A stretch of DNA of 59,357 bases from a virus (IMGVR_UViG_3300032261_000006:1-59357); one strand, 5' to 3'; positions 48,742 to 56,811 are shown, counted from the stretch's first letter. Notes: generated by a model not told the origin, from the sequence alone. A program made the numbers and translations.

Positions 48742-48915
48742 TTACGCTATCCTTTGTGCCTCTACAAGCAGTGCCTTCGCTATATCCACCGCTTGCTCCT
48801 TGGATAGAGAAACGACGGCAAGGTCGCCTGTCTCCTCCACAAAATGGATCCGTATAGTGTTGGACACACAGACAACCTTCGCCTTGTGTGGGTTCACAGT
48901 GATCGAGCCCGACAT
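48742..48915 (-). CDS. 57-aa hypothetical protein (MSGSITVNPHK...), not in ORF track
   Basis: GGGAGG RBS and its own promoter. Confidence 0.55.
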   Translation of the reverse strand: MSGSITVNPHKAKVVCVSNTIRIHFVEETGDLAVVSLSKEQAVDIAKALLVEAQRIA

Positions 48916-48941
48916 ATTCGCCGCAGCACCTCCCTACGGCC

Positions 48942-48970
48942 ATTAGAACACCCCGTTGTCTCTGAGTCAA
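48942..48970 (-). promoter_or_regulatory. promoter TTGACT-17-TCTAAT
   Basis: Back-to-back with the 48984 promoter; twin of 7165..7194. Confidence 0.65.
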
Positions 48971-48983
48971 TAGTTTCAAATAC

Positions 48984-49013
48984 TTGACAAGCCCATGCGG
49001 TTTGTGTTTTAAT
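48984..49013 (+). promoter_or_regulatory. early-family promoter TTGACA-18-TTTAAT
   Basis: AATACTTGACAAGCC..TGTTTTAATAAAAAATGGAGG. Confidence 0.75.
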
Positions 49014-49035
49014 AAAAAATGGAGGAATTGGCGCG

Positions 49036-49389
49036 ATGGCAACGAAGATAAAGGACGTGAAGGTCGGACAGACCTGGGTAGCGAAGGTCAGCGGCAAGCT
49101 GGTCCGGGTGCAGATAAAGGAGGAATTGCCGACCCGGTGGTCTTCCTCACCCAGGCCCTACGGGTCGGAGAAGCACGGCGGCTGGCGTGCCGTGAATCTG
49201 GCGACCGGCAAAGTCGTCTGGATCAAATCCCCGCAGCGGCTGCGCTATCAGCCGCCAGCGGCCCATGACCACGTGGCTGAGGCCCGGTCACGGCAAACCG
49301 GCTTTGCAGTCGAGCAGTTAGAAAAGGAAGCAAAGGCGGCCATGCCTGAGGCATTCGACTCTCCGGAGGGCGACGATGAGAACCGTTGA
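49036..49389 (+). CDS. conserved phage hypothetical protein
   Basis: DVKVG..W.AKVSGKLV.V, GW.A.NLATG....IKS.QRLR. Confidence 0.7.
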   Translation: MATKIKDVKVGQTWVAKVSGKLVRVQIKEELPTRWSSSPRPYGSEKHGGWRAVNLATGKVVWIKSPQRLRYQPPAAHDHVAEARSRQTGFAVEQLEKEAKAAMPEAFDSPEGDDENR

Positions 49390-49780
49390 GGAAATAAAAG
49401 CCGAAATCGATAGTATGCGCCAGCCGGTACATGATGCCGAGGCCGAAGTCGAACGGCTTCGGTTAGTTCACCAAAAAGCTCTGGATGAAGTCGAACAAGC
49501 ACGGCAGGCGGCCTTGAATCTGCTTCGTGGCATTCGCCCACGGCTTGAAGCCTTGGTGGCTGAACTGCGGAAATCGGAAGGCGTTGCCAAATTGCACCGG
49601 CTCACTCCCGGTCAAATAGTCGTGTGGCAACAGTCCAATGGTTGGAGCGGTCGAGACTCGCGTCGTGCCCGAATCGTGCGCATTAGTCTGACCAGGGTTC
49701 AAATCGAACTGGCCAATCCGTACGCGGATGAAGCCAAGCGCCGATGGGTTGACCCGAAGAACATTACGGTCGAGCTATAG
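49376..49780 (+). CDS. hypothetical coiled-coil + SH3-like protein
   Basis: GGAGG RBS, operon packing. Confidence 0.6.
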   Translation: MRTVEEIKAEIDSMRQPVHDAEAEVERLRLVHQKALDEVEQARQAALNLLRGIRPRLEALVAELRKSEGVAKLHRLTPGQIVVWQQSNGWSGRDSRRARIVRISLTRVQIELANPYADEAKRRWVDPKNITVEL

Positions 49781-49812
49781 CTTTGCGTAACTTTGTGAAA
49801 TTGCAGCACATC

Positions 49813-49842
49813 TTGACAAACTGCAGTTTCGCATGGTTTAAT
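49813..49842 (+). promoter_or_regulatory. early-family promoter TTGACA-18-TTTAAT
   Basis: CTTGACAAAC..CATGGTTTAATGG. Confidence 0.75.
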
Positions 49843-49862
49843 GGTTTTAGAGGGCGCGACAA

Positions 49863-50756
49863 ATGACACCAAACAATAGCGAGAAGATCATCGACAAAAT
49901 CAAGAAGCTCCTGGCACTGGCTGCCGGTGCTGGCACGGAAGAGGAAGCCGACGCAGCATCCGGCAAGGTGCAGGAACTCCTGGCCTCCTACAATCTGAGC
50001 ATGGCTGAAGTGCACGCCCAGCCGGATTCGGTCAAGGCCACCACCGATGCCGAGGAGGCCAAGCGGGTCAAGGACACATACAAACGGTCCGCGATGTACG
50101 AGTATCAGCAGCGGCTATGGAATGCCATCGCCAAAGCGAATTTCTGCTGGTACTTCCGGGCACCGGTTCTCAAGCAGAACTCCAGAGGCGTTTGGATGAA
50201 GGCGACCTACCATCACATGATTGTCGGCAAGGAGGTCAATGTTCTGGCCGTCCGCTTGATGGGCGATTATCTGGAAGAGACCATCAACCGGCTTTGCCCA
50301 TACAAACCGGGCCGCGACTCCAGCCGCTCGTGGATTTCCTGGAAGGAAGGCTGTGCGGCCCGTCTCGGCAAGCGTCTGCAGGATCGCAAAGTCCAAATGG
50401 AAGAGGCGTCAGCCGCTGCTACCACCACGGCCCTGGTTCGCCTGTCGGACGTCTTCGAGAGCGAGTACGACGAAAACTTCCGGTTCATGTACGGCGAGGA
50501 GTCCTACCAGCTCATGAAGAATCCGGCCCCGGTGTCCGTGGTCGTGGCCGAGCCGGTTGAGACCGATGCCCAGCGTCGAGCCCGTGAAGACAAGGAGTTC
50601 AAATACTGGCAGAAGCACGACGCCAAGCAGAAGCGCGAGCGCGAGCGTTACTGGTCCAAACGCGATCTGAACGCGTGGCGCGAAGGTGAAGAAGTTGGTA
50701 ACGATATCGGCCTTGACGCCCAGGTCAAGGACCGCAACCAAAAGGACTTGAAATGA
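49863..50756 (+). CDS. DUF2786-domain protein
   Basis: KIIDKIKKLLALA....EEEA..A..K.QELL..YNL. Confidence 0.8.
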   Translation: MTPNNSEKIIDKIKKLLALAAGAGTEEEADAASGKVQELLASYNLSMAEVHAQPDSVKATTDAEEAKRVKDTYKRSAMYEYQQRLWNAIAKANFCWYFRAPVLKQNSRGVWMKATYHHMIVGKEVNVLAVRLMGDYLEETINRLCPYKPGRDSSRSWISWKEGCAARLGKRLQDRKVQMEEASAAATTTALVRLSDVFESEYDENFRFMYGEESYQLMKNPAPVSVVVAEPVETDAQRRAREDKEFKYWQKHDAKQKRERERYWSKRDLNAWREGEEVGNDIGLDAQVKDRNQKDLK

Positions 50757-50992
50757 GACTCTTCTTGATCTGCTATCGCGAAGGTGTCCGGATGTCGGTC
50801 ACTCAATACTCGGACGAGGCCCGGTTAAACCGGGCCAAATCCGCCTGGGTCGGCCTATTTGAGAGCCGGACTGCCCAGGTTTTCACCGACCGGACTAACA
50901 GTTTGACCGAGGCCGATGTGGCGGCCCTGGTCGGCCAATTCGTCGAAGGCCCGTCGAACGGCCTTCTCCGAGGTAACCCCACCAAATCTTGA
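50753..50992 (+). CDS. hypothetical protein
   Basis: ATGA-coupled. Confidence 0.5.
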   Translation: MRLFLICYREGVRMSVTQYSDEARLNRAKSAWVGLFESRTAQVFTDRTNSLTEADVAALVGQFVEGPSNGLLRGNPTKS

Positions 50993-51018
50993 CAAACCAC
51001 AGTTTACCGTGGTTTAAT
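50989..51018 (+). promoter_or_regulatory. early-family promoter TTGACA-18-TTTAAT
   Basis: CTTGACAAACC..CGTGGTTTAATGGAAAATGGAGG. Confidence 0.75.
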
Positions 51019-51041
51019 GGAAAATGGAGGCAGGGAAGGCG

Positions 51042-51278
51042 ATGAAATCGATGAGGGAAGTTTTGATCGACAAGATCCGGAAGGAAGCCGCCGACAGCAA
51101 AGTCCCGGTGGCCGACGTCTGCAAGGAACTTGGCATCGACCGCGATCCGCCGAGCACCTCCTGGTTGGAGGATTTCACCGACGACGAAATCAGCCGGATC
51201 CGGCAAGCTTACCGGCTGATCACCAAACGGCAAAAGTTCGTGGCCCGCAATGAGCGGTTGGCACGGGGGTCGAAATGA
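51042..51278 (+). CDS. hypothetical protein
   Basis: After promoter and RBS. Confidence 0.55.
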   Translation: MKSMREVLIDKIRKEAADSKVPVADVCKELGIDRDPPSTSWLEDFTDDEISRIRQAYRLITKRQKFVARNERLARGSK

Positions 51279-51481
51279 CGCGAGCAGTAGCACTCAACAA
51301 CATCGAAGTCTTGACGGTGAATATGAAGCTCTCCCAAGAGGACATCGCGTTGGTCGTCGGCTTCGTGACAGGCGTGAAGGTGGAAGTGGACGACGGTAGC
51401 GGCAAAGATCCGTTTGACGCACTGACCGACGACCAAGTGATAGCGGTTAATCGGCGGTTGCGGCTGGTAAATATAGCTTAG
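51275..51481 (+). CDS. hypothetical protein
   Basis: ATGA-coupled. Confidence 0.55.
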   Translation: MTRAVALNNIEVLTVNMKLSQEDIALVVGFVTGVKVEVDDGSGKDPFDALTDDQVIAVNRRLRLVNIA

Positions 51482-51493
51482 GAGGCAAGTAAA

Positions 51494-51838
51494 ATGACGG
51501 CGCGACGAAAGCACGACGACCCGGCAGCGATTTCAGCCCGGTTGCGTAAGACATTCGCAGAAGTGAATCACAACGTCAAGGCCCGCAAGGCGGCCCTGGC
51601 CAACGGCACTGCCCTGGTGCCCAAACCCAAAGTGGATCCGGCGACCGGTCCGCTCTGCGGCTGCGGCTGCAAAGAGCGCACGCGTGGTGGCCGGTTCAAG
51701 ATGGGCCATGACGCCCGCTATTTGATGCCGATCGTGAGAGCGGTGCGTGCCGGTGATCGCAAGTTGGCTGAATTGAAGGCCGAAGACCGGCCTCGCGTGA
51801 AATCCTATTTGGCCGCGTACAAGGAGATGATGAAGTAA
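51494..51838 (+). CDS. CxCGC..F..GHDAR motif protein
   Basis: CGCGCKERTRGGRFKMGHDAR; AGGAGG RBS. Confidence 0.7.
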   Translation: MTARRKHDDPAAISARLRKTFAEVNHNVKARKAALANGTALVPKPKVDPATGPLCGCGCKERTRGGRFKMGHDARYLMPIVRAVRAGDRKLAELKAEDRPRVKSYLAAYKEMMK

Positions 51839-51847
51839 CGCGATATA

Positions 51848-51879
51848 AGCGGGAGGCCCTCTGACCGGGCCTCTCGCAA
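51848..51879. repeat. dispersed palindrome copy
   Basis: GCGGGAGGCCC-TCTGACC-GGGCCTCTCGC. Confidence 0.75.
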
Positions 51880-51902
51880 ATTTGACAAAGGAGATCAAAA
51901 CG

Positions 51903-52178
51903 ATGAAGCAATATCACGGCTGGATCTATATCGAACAATCTGAAGGCTACTCAGATCACTTCAAGACTCACCGGAGCATTAAGGGCAACTCTGAAGTTAA
52001 AGCGTTTGGCTATGGAGCGGCTGGAGCAGCAAAGGCCGTGGACTACTTCGAGACCACGCTTAAGCTCGGGCCGGTGAAGCTGGAGAAGACCCCGCTCGGT
52101 TTGCGTGTATTCACGGATGCGGATGTGCTGGAGTATCACCCGGAGGCCGACGACCCGGAACCCAACCCGAATACTTGA
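51903..52178 (+). CDS. hypothetical protein
   Basis: AAGGAG RBS before MKQYH. Confidence 0.6.
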   Translation: MKQYHGWIYIEQSEGYSDHFKTHRSIKGNSEVKAFGYGAAGAAKAVDYFETTLKLGPVKLEKTPLGLRVFTDADVLEYHPEADDPEPNPNT

Positions 52179-52203
52179 CAGACAGCGTTCCTCATGTTTC
52201 AAT
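52175..52203 (+). promoter_or_regulatory. early-family promoter TTGACA-17-TTCAAT
   Basis: AATACTTGACAGAC..CATGTTTCAATAAAGAAAGGAG. Confidence 0.7.
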
Positions 52204-52221
52204 AAAGAAAGGAGACCGGAA

Positions 52222-52881
52222 ATGGCGGCATCAGCCAAGGTGAAGATGGTGTTTTCCTCAGGGTTCAGGTTCGTTAAAGGCGGTAGAGTCACAGCGATTC
52301 TCGACCCGGACGGCAAAGTCACGCTGAAGGATGACGGCGGTAATCTCGAAATGTTCCACACATGGCGGGAATACGTCACCTCACAGAAGGATGTGCCGAT
52401 CAACATTAACGATGAAGACCTGATTTTGGCGCAGTTGAGCACGACGCTCGGCGAAGTCGAAGTCATAACCGTAAACGCTGGAACGGTAGTCGAGAAGACC
52501 AGGGAACAGAAGGTCCGACCGATCAAGTCCGGCAAGCAGCCCACGGAAGCGGCTGCCCCAGCCGAGGGAACCGGCGACACAAAGGAGACCGAAGATATGG
52601 CGGCTAGTGCTGCTGTAGCGAAGCCCAAGAAACAAGCGGCGAAGAAAACCGCGCCCGCTAAGAAGACAACGACTCCCAAAAAGAAGGACCCGAAATCTGC
52701 TGAGAATGAATGCGCGTGCGGCTGCGGCGATATGGTGCCTCGCACTTTTGCTCAAGGCCACGACGCCCGTCTGAAAGGCTGGTGCCTGCAGATTTCACGC
52801 GGACAGAAGAAACTGAATGAACTGCAGCCCATCGCGCAGAAATGGTTCCGTGACAACGGCTACAAGGTCGGCAAGGGCTGA
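52222..52881 (+). CDS. protein with histone-like Lys/Ala linker and CxCGC..F..GHDAR motif
   Basis: KPKKQAAKKTAPAKK; CACGCG....RTFAQGHDAR. Confidence 0.7.
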   Translation: MAASAKVKMVFSSGFRFVKGGRVTAILDPDGKVTLKDDGGNLEMFHTWREYVTSQKDVPININDEDLILAQLSTTLGEVEVITVNAGTVVEKTREQKVRPIKSGKQPTEAAAPAEGTGDTKETEDMAASAAVAKPKKQAAKKTAPAKKTTTPKKKDPKSAENECACGCGDMVPRTFAQGHDARLKGWCLQISRGQKKLNELQPIAQKWFRDNGYKVGKG

Positions 52882-53011
52882 CCAGGGTTCCTGGGTTGCT
52901 GCGTGTCGCGCCCAGCACGCCCAGGCGGAGAGGACCGGAGGTCAGGCCCGGTCCTCCTCTCCGATGAACGGCGGTTCTCAAGTTGAACCGCTGCTCATCC
53001 GGGAGACCAAA

Positions 53012-53500
53012 ATGAAGCTTGTACTTATTCTTGTTTTAGCAGCGGCGACCGGCTGGGCCAATGACTGGTCGGTCACGCCATTAACGGATAGATTCACTGG
53101 CGCACCGTTTGTGGTTTTTGCTCTGCAAGCCGACGGGCCGGTTGCCCGTGGCATCTACAGCACTGTGCCGATGTTCCTCATCTATTGTGCGAATGGTAAA
53201 TGGAATGAGTCTCAACTCAAATTCGGATCAGGCATGCTTCTGGCTCGCGACGTTAATCAGCACAATCAGATGACGGAAGAGCGCAACGATGACAAAATAC
53301 ACGTACATTTTTGGAACGTTGCCGACGACTTCTCGGTTTTCTTCGTAGATCGCAAGGCGACTAGAGATCTCATCTACAGCAAAATCACGCGGATCAAATT
53401 TGCCGATGCTCTGGGCCGTGGCTATGTCGCAGATTTCACGCCTCACGGTATGAACTTCGCTGCACTGAGGGAAGCGTGCGGGAAAGCGTTTGAGAAATGA
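53012..53500 (+). CDS. secreted/periplasmic protein
   Basis: Signal peptide MKLVLILVLAAATGWA, then W......D.FT. Confidence 0.65.
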   Translation: MKLVLILVLAAATGWANDWSVTPLTDRFTGAPFVVFALQADGPVARGIYSTVPMFLIYCANGKWNESQLKFGSGMLLARDVNQHNQMTEERNDDKIHVHFWNVADDFSVFFVDRKATRDLIYSKITRIKFADALGRGYVADFTPHGMNFAALREACGKAFEK

Positions 53501-53673
53501 AGATCGAAATTGATGAAGACGTCCTGGCTCTGCTGCGGAAGGCGACTTACAAATTCCTGAAACAGAACTCCAAGGACCCGGAATTCAACATCATCTTCCG
53601 CGCTCTGGAGATCGCCGACAAAATTGCTCTCACTCACGAATTGCGGGCTAAGCAAAGACCGGAGACTTCATGA
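53497..53673 (+). CDS. 58-aa hypothetical protein (not in ORF track)
   Basis: ATGA overlaps on both sides. Confidence 0.55.
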   Translation: MKIEIDEDVLALLRKATYKFLKQNSKDPEFNIIFRALEIADKIALTHELRAKQRPETS

Positions 53674-53831
53674 GGGTAACTTTTAAAGTTAAAGAATTGA
53701 TTGAAGAATTGCGGAAATTCGACCCCGAGATCGAGGTTTATATGTGGTCAACCGGATATGACGGGGAAATACCCATAACTAAGATACACAAAACTGATTA
53801 CGATGGCTCTATCTGTCTTGCGCAAAATTAA
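53670..53831 (+). CDS. 53-aa hypothetical protein (KVKELIEELRKFDPEIEV)
   Basis: ATGA-coupled; converges with the replication operon. Confidence 0.55.
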   Translation: MRVTFKVKELIEELRKFDPEIEVYMWSTGYDGEIPITKIHKTDYDGSICLAQN

Positions 53832-54007
53832 GATTTCTTCGCCACCTTCTCCCGTTGTCTGGTAGCTTCTCTTAGCAATTCTCGCGCTAATTGTGTCGCC
53901 TCCACAACGTTTCCCACCTTGGCATCATCCAACCACAATCGGGCAGCGATTTTAGCCACCGCTAAATCTTCCTCATTCCACGCGGGCGGGTCCCATCTTG
54001 GCATCAT
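53828..54007 (-). CDS. 59-aa hypothetical protein (MMPRWDPPAW...)
   Basis: GAGGAGG RBS; last gene of the replication operon. Confidence 0.55.
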   Translation of the reverse strand: MMPRWDPPAWNEEDLAVAKIAARLWLDDAKVGNVVEATQLARELLREATRQREKVAKKS

Positions 54008-54602
54008 TCCTCCTCAGGAAGCCTTCGTCAGTGATGGCTAGACTTTTGGCCCGGTCCAGGTACCGGTGCTCTGCGTATTTCGGAGACCAGCCCCACTCCG
54101 AGCCCTCATAGTGCGCTGAAATGACGGTAGCACGTGACAACGCTGCTGGACAGGTAAACTCTTTGAGCAGCGGCAAGTTATCCGGATGCGGCACCAGACC
54201 GGCATTGACTTCAGCTTTGACCATGCCCTTATCCCAATGGTCGAAGTCCGAAAGTTCAGCTATCGTCACCGGCTTCACGCTGTATTTGGCTAGAATGACC
54301 GCTGTGATGGCATCATCAATATCGCGGTATGGCTTCATTTCGGCCAATCGCTTGATCGGCGCTGTCTGGTCCAAGATGTAAGCTTCAGCAGCGTCATGCA
54401 GCAGGCCCAATTTTGCGAACCGGCTCGGCGTAACTAACGAGAGCCGTATGCAATGTTCAGCCACTGAATAGAACCGCCGCGTGTGACCGGCGTAGCGGCA
54501 AATGTTGGACAAAGCATGCGCAATGTCCGCGATGCAAATCTGCTCAGGTTGCGGATCCAATGGATCGAGCCGCTTGCCGGTAAAAGTCGGTACCCACGTC
54601 AT
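53973..54602 (-). CDS. HD-domain deoxynucleotide phosphohydrolase (YfbR/YfdR-like; DatZ-role candidate)
   Basis: DIAHALSNICRYAGH, YSVAEH, LLHDAAEAY..D...PIK. Confidence 0.85.
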   Translation of the reverse strand: MTWVPTFTGKRLDPLDPQPEQICIADIAHALSNICRYAGHTRRFYSVAEHCIRLSLVTPSRFAKLGLLHDAAEAYILDQTAPIKRLAEMKPYRDIDDAITAVILAKYSVKPVTIAELSDFDHWDKGMVKAEVNAGLVPHPDNLPLLKEFTCPAALSRATVISAHYEGSEWGWSPKYAEHRYLDRAKSLAITDEGFLRRNDAKMGPARVE

Positions 54603-55093
54603 TAGCCCTGGCCTCCTGTGCTACCAAATCCGTTTTCGCCGCGATCACCGGCTGGAAAGTCCTTGGCCGCGACCTCTTGCATGTCCGACGACATCAAATG
54701 ATGGAGAATGAGTTGAATGAGCCGTTCGCCTCTCTTTACTGTGACGCGTTCATCAGTCGGATTGTAAATTGAGGCCCACAATTCGCCGCGATAGCCGTTG
54801 TCGATGATGGCAGTGTTGACTATCAAATTCCGCTTGAAGAATGTGCTGGATCGACCGACGATAGAAGCCCAAGCCCCGTCCGGCAAGGCCACGCGTAAAT
54901 TAGTCGGCACGTTGGCCCAGCATTTCGGGTCGATAGAGACTTGCCTGCTTGCGGACAGATCAAATCCGGCATCGCCTGGATAGTGCCGAATCGGCGTAAA
55001 GTACGGCAATTCCTGGTTTACCGGCGCAAAGAGGATCGTCGGTCTAATCGCTTTCGGGTTCTGGGTCATACTTACTTTCGGGTTCTGGGTCAT
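54602..55093 (-). CDS. dut: trimeric dUTPase-family protein
   Basis: Five motifs: AGFDL, GRSS, IIDNGYRGE, RLIQL, RGENGFGSTG. Confidence 0.9.
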   Translation of the reverse strand: MTQNPKVSMTQNPKAIRPTILFAPVNQELPYFTPIRHYPGDAGFDLSASRQVSIDPKCWANVPTNLRVALPDGAWASIVGRSSTFFKRNLIVNTAIIDNGYRGELWASIYNPTDERVTVKRGERLIQLILHHLMSSDMQEVAAKDFPAGDRGENGFGSTGGQG

Positions 55094-56168
55094 ACTTTAA
55101 TTCCTGTGAGACTAAATTGATGTAATTACTGACGATGAGATCATCCTGGTGCGGCCCGGTGAAGATCATAGTGACTGGTGCGCCAGCCATCACTTCCATT
55201 CGCGCAATATGTTCAACGGTTTTATCGTCTAATTGGTTGTGCTGGCGCACGCTACGGTTAGCGTAACTGATGTAATCGGCACCATGCAGAACTAAGTTTG
55301 TGGGCCGGTTCACCCGGATAGATCGCTTGAACAATTCCCAATCCCATTCACCGACGCGCCGTATCTTTCTGGTGACCGAGGTCAATTCGATCAACGGCAT
55401 GTTAGCAGGGAATCCGGCCCGTTCATGCACGGTTTGCCAATCGATTTCCTTATACATCGGACCGGAATTGCCACCGACGCGGATCGGGTAGGACCGGTAA
55501 ACTGCGTAAATTCGGTCGCATGTTCTCGGCGACAGACCGCATTCGGCCAGGAAAGTGGAGGCTGCAGTGTCCTTGGACGTGCACCACGGATAGTGCGGCA
55601 CGCAGAATAGCGAGAGGCCCAGGCCCTGCGTACCTTCAACGATAATGCGTTTGCCACTGTCGTGTATTTCGTTCAACAACTCCACTGTGTCCGTAATGAA
55701 CGATACCAGATCCGGCACGTCGCGAGCCAAAGTTGCATCACGCATGGCCCGCTTCGAAGCCGTCCACCCGGTGCCGGTCTGCGTGGAGCCGATGCGATCG
55801 CCCAAATTCACGCTGCGCTCCTTCGCTGCTCCGATATCGACGACGGCAGCCATCGGGTCGATCTTCAAAGAAGGTCGAATGTTGATGTCGAGACTGTCCA
55901 ACTGATAAATTTCCTTCCACAGCAATTCAGGATCAACAATAGAGCCAGCGGCGATGACGTAATATAGCCGAGGGTTCCGGCTTGCCACGGCTGATGGGAT
56001 TTGACGCATCACCATGGACTGTTGGCCGAAATACACGGTGTGTCCGGCATTTGGCCCTCCACATCGCACTGCTGCGCCAACGCTTGGATCGTCGCGGCAA
56101 AGTTGGACCACACATTTTCCTTTACCGCTGCTTCCATAAAAACCGTCCACTACGACCGTGACCGGCAT
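55044..56168 (-). CDS. purZ: PurZ-like N6-succinyl-2-amino-dAMP synthetase (PurA paralog)
   Basis: DGFYGSSGKGK (Ser in place of PurA Asp13), PNAGHT, IGST.TG, EGTQG, YPWCTS, RSYPIRVGGNSGP, TSVTRKIRRVG, HGADY. Confidence 0.85.
   Translation of the reverse strand: MPVTVVVDGFYGSSGKGKCVVQLCRDDPSVGAAVRCGGPNAGHTVYFGQQSMVMRQIPSAVASRNPRLYYVIAAGSIVDPELLWKEIYQLDSLDINIRPSLKIDPMAAVVDIGAAKERSVNLGDRIGSTQTGTGWTASKRAMRDATLARDVPDLVSFITDTVELLNEIHDSGKRIIVEGTQGLGLSLFCVPHYPWCTSKDTAASTFLAECGLSPRTCDRIYAVYRSYPIRVGGNSGPMYKEIDWQTVHERAGFPANMPLIELTSVTRKIRRVGEWDWELFKRSIRVNRPTNLVLHGADYISYANRSVRQHNQLDDKTVEHIARMEVMAGAPVTMIFTGPHQDDLIVSNYINLVSQELKYDPEPESKYDPEPESD
55051..55097. repeat. 24-bp tandem duplication in the purZ/dut overlap
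   Basis: CTTTCGGGTTCTGGGTCATACTT(A) x2. Confidence 0.9.
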
Positions 56169-56374
56169 TGATGTTTAAACCTCCCTGCTGTCAATAGCTT
56201 GGTGAATCCTTCCACGATGATTTCAGCAAGCTGTGATGCGTTTGCATTGATTCCCGGAATCATCACCAGCACGATCGCTTTCTCTTCCTTCACAATTTCA
56301 ATAGTTGTGTATCCGTCCTGATGCCAGGACCTGGGAATCCGCTCTAGCGTGTTGATATAAAATGATGGCATCAA
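56150..56374 (-). CDS. hypothetical protein
   Basis: Overlaps both neighbours; directly upstream of purZ. Confidence 0.5.
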   Translation of the reverse strand: MMPSFYINTLERIPRSWHQDGYTTIEIVKEEKAIVLVMIPGINANASQLAEIIVEGFTKLLTAGRFKHQCRSRS

Positions 56375-56811
56375 CTTTCCTTTTTGTCCGGGTTCGTCAT
56401 TTCGATGGTGGTGTAGGACGTGGACCAGGACGTCTCCTGCAGGATTTCATTCACATCTTCCGCTGACACGCCATGCGTCAGCATCGATTTTGTCAGTTTA
56501 TCGATACCCACGCCAGAGGCCCGTCCGTCTTTCACTCGGAAAATGCGGCCATTGTAAACAAAGGCCCGACCGAATGGAATCAGAGACGATGCCAATTCAT
56601 CGATGATGCCACCGCCTTCATGTTTGCCGTGATTCTTCTTTCCTTTTAATGCAGTTTCGGCTTCATCAATCGCTTCCTTAAAGGCTCGGCACCGGTCGAG
56701 CAGATCCATGATTCGCGTCTGCTCTCTGCTGTTTTTGATGACCGCGAGATTGAGCACGCCCTCCGGTGCCGGTTCCGGTACCCGCTGCTGCTTTTTCGTC
56801 TTTGTCGCCAT
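56371..56811 (-). CDS. hypothetical protein
   Basis: AGGAGG RBS. Confidence 0.65.
   Translation of the reverse strand: MATKTKKQQRVPEPAPEGVLNLAVIKNSREQTRIMDLLDRCRAFKEAIDEAETALKGKKNHGKHEGGGIIDELASSLIPFGRAFVYNGRIFRVKDGRASGVGIDKLTKSMLTHGVSAEDVNEILQETSWSTSYTTIEMTNPDKKES

Noticed and set aside
55044-56168. Calling this gene an ordinary purA auxiliary metabolic gene
   Set aside because: The catalytic Asp13 is Ser, YPIRV carries Ile, and the context is a polymerase plus HD hydrolase.
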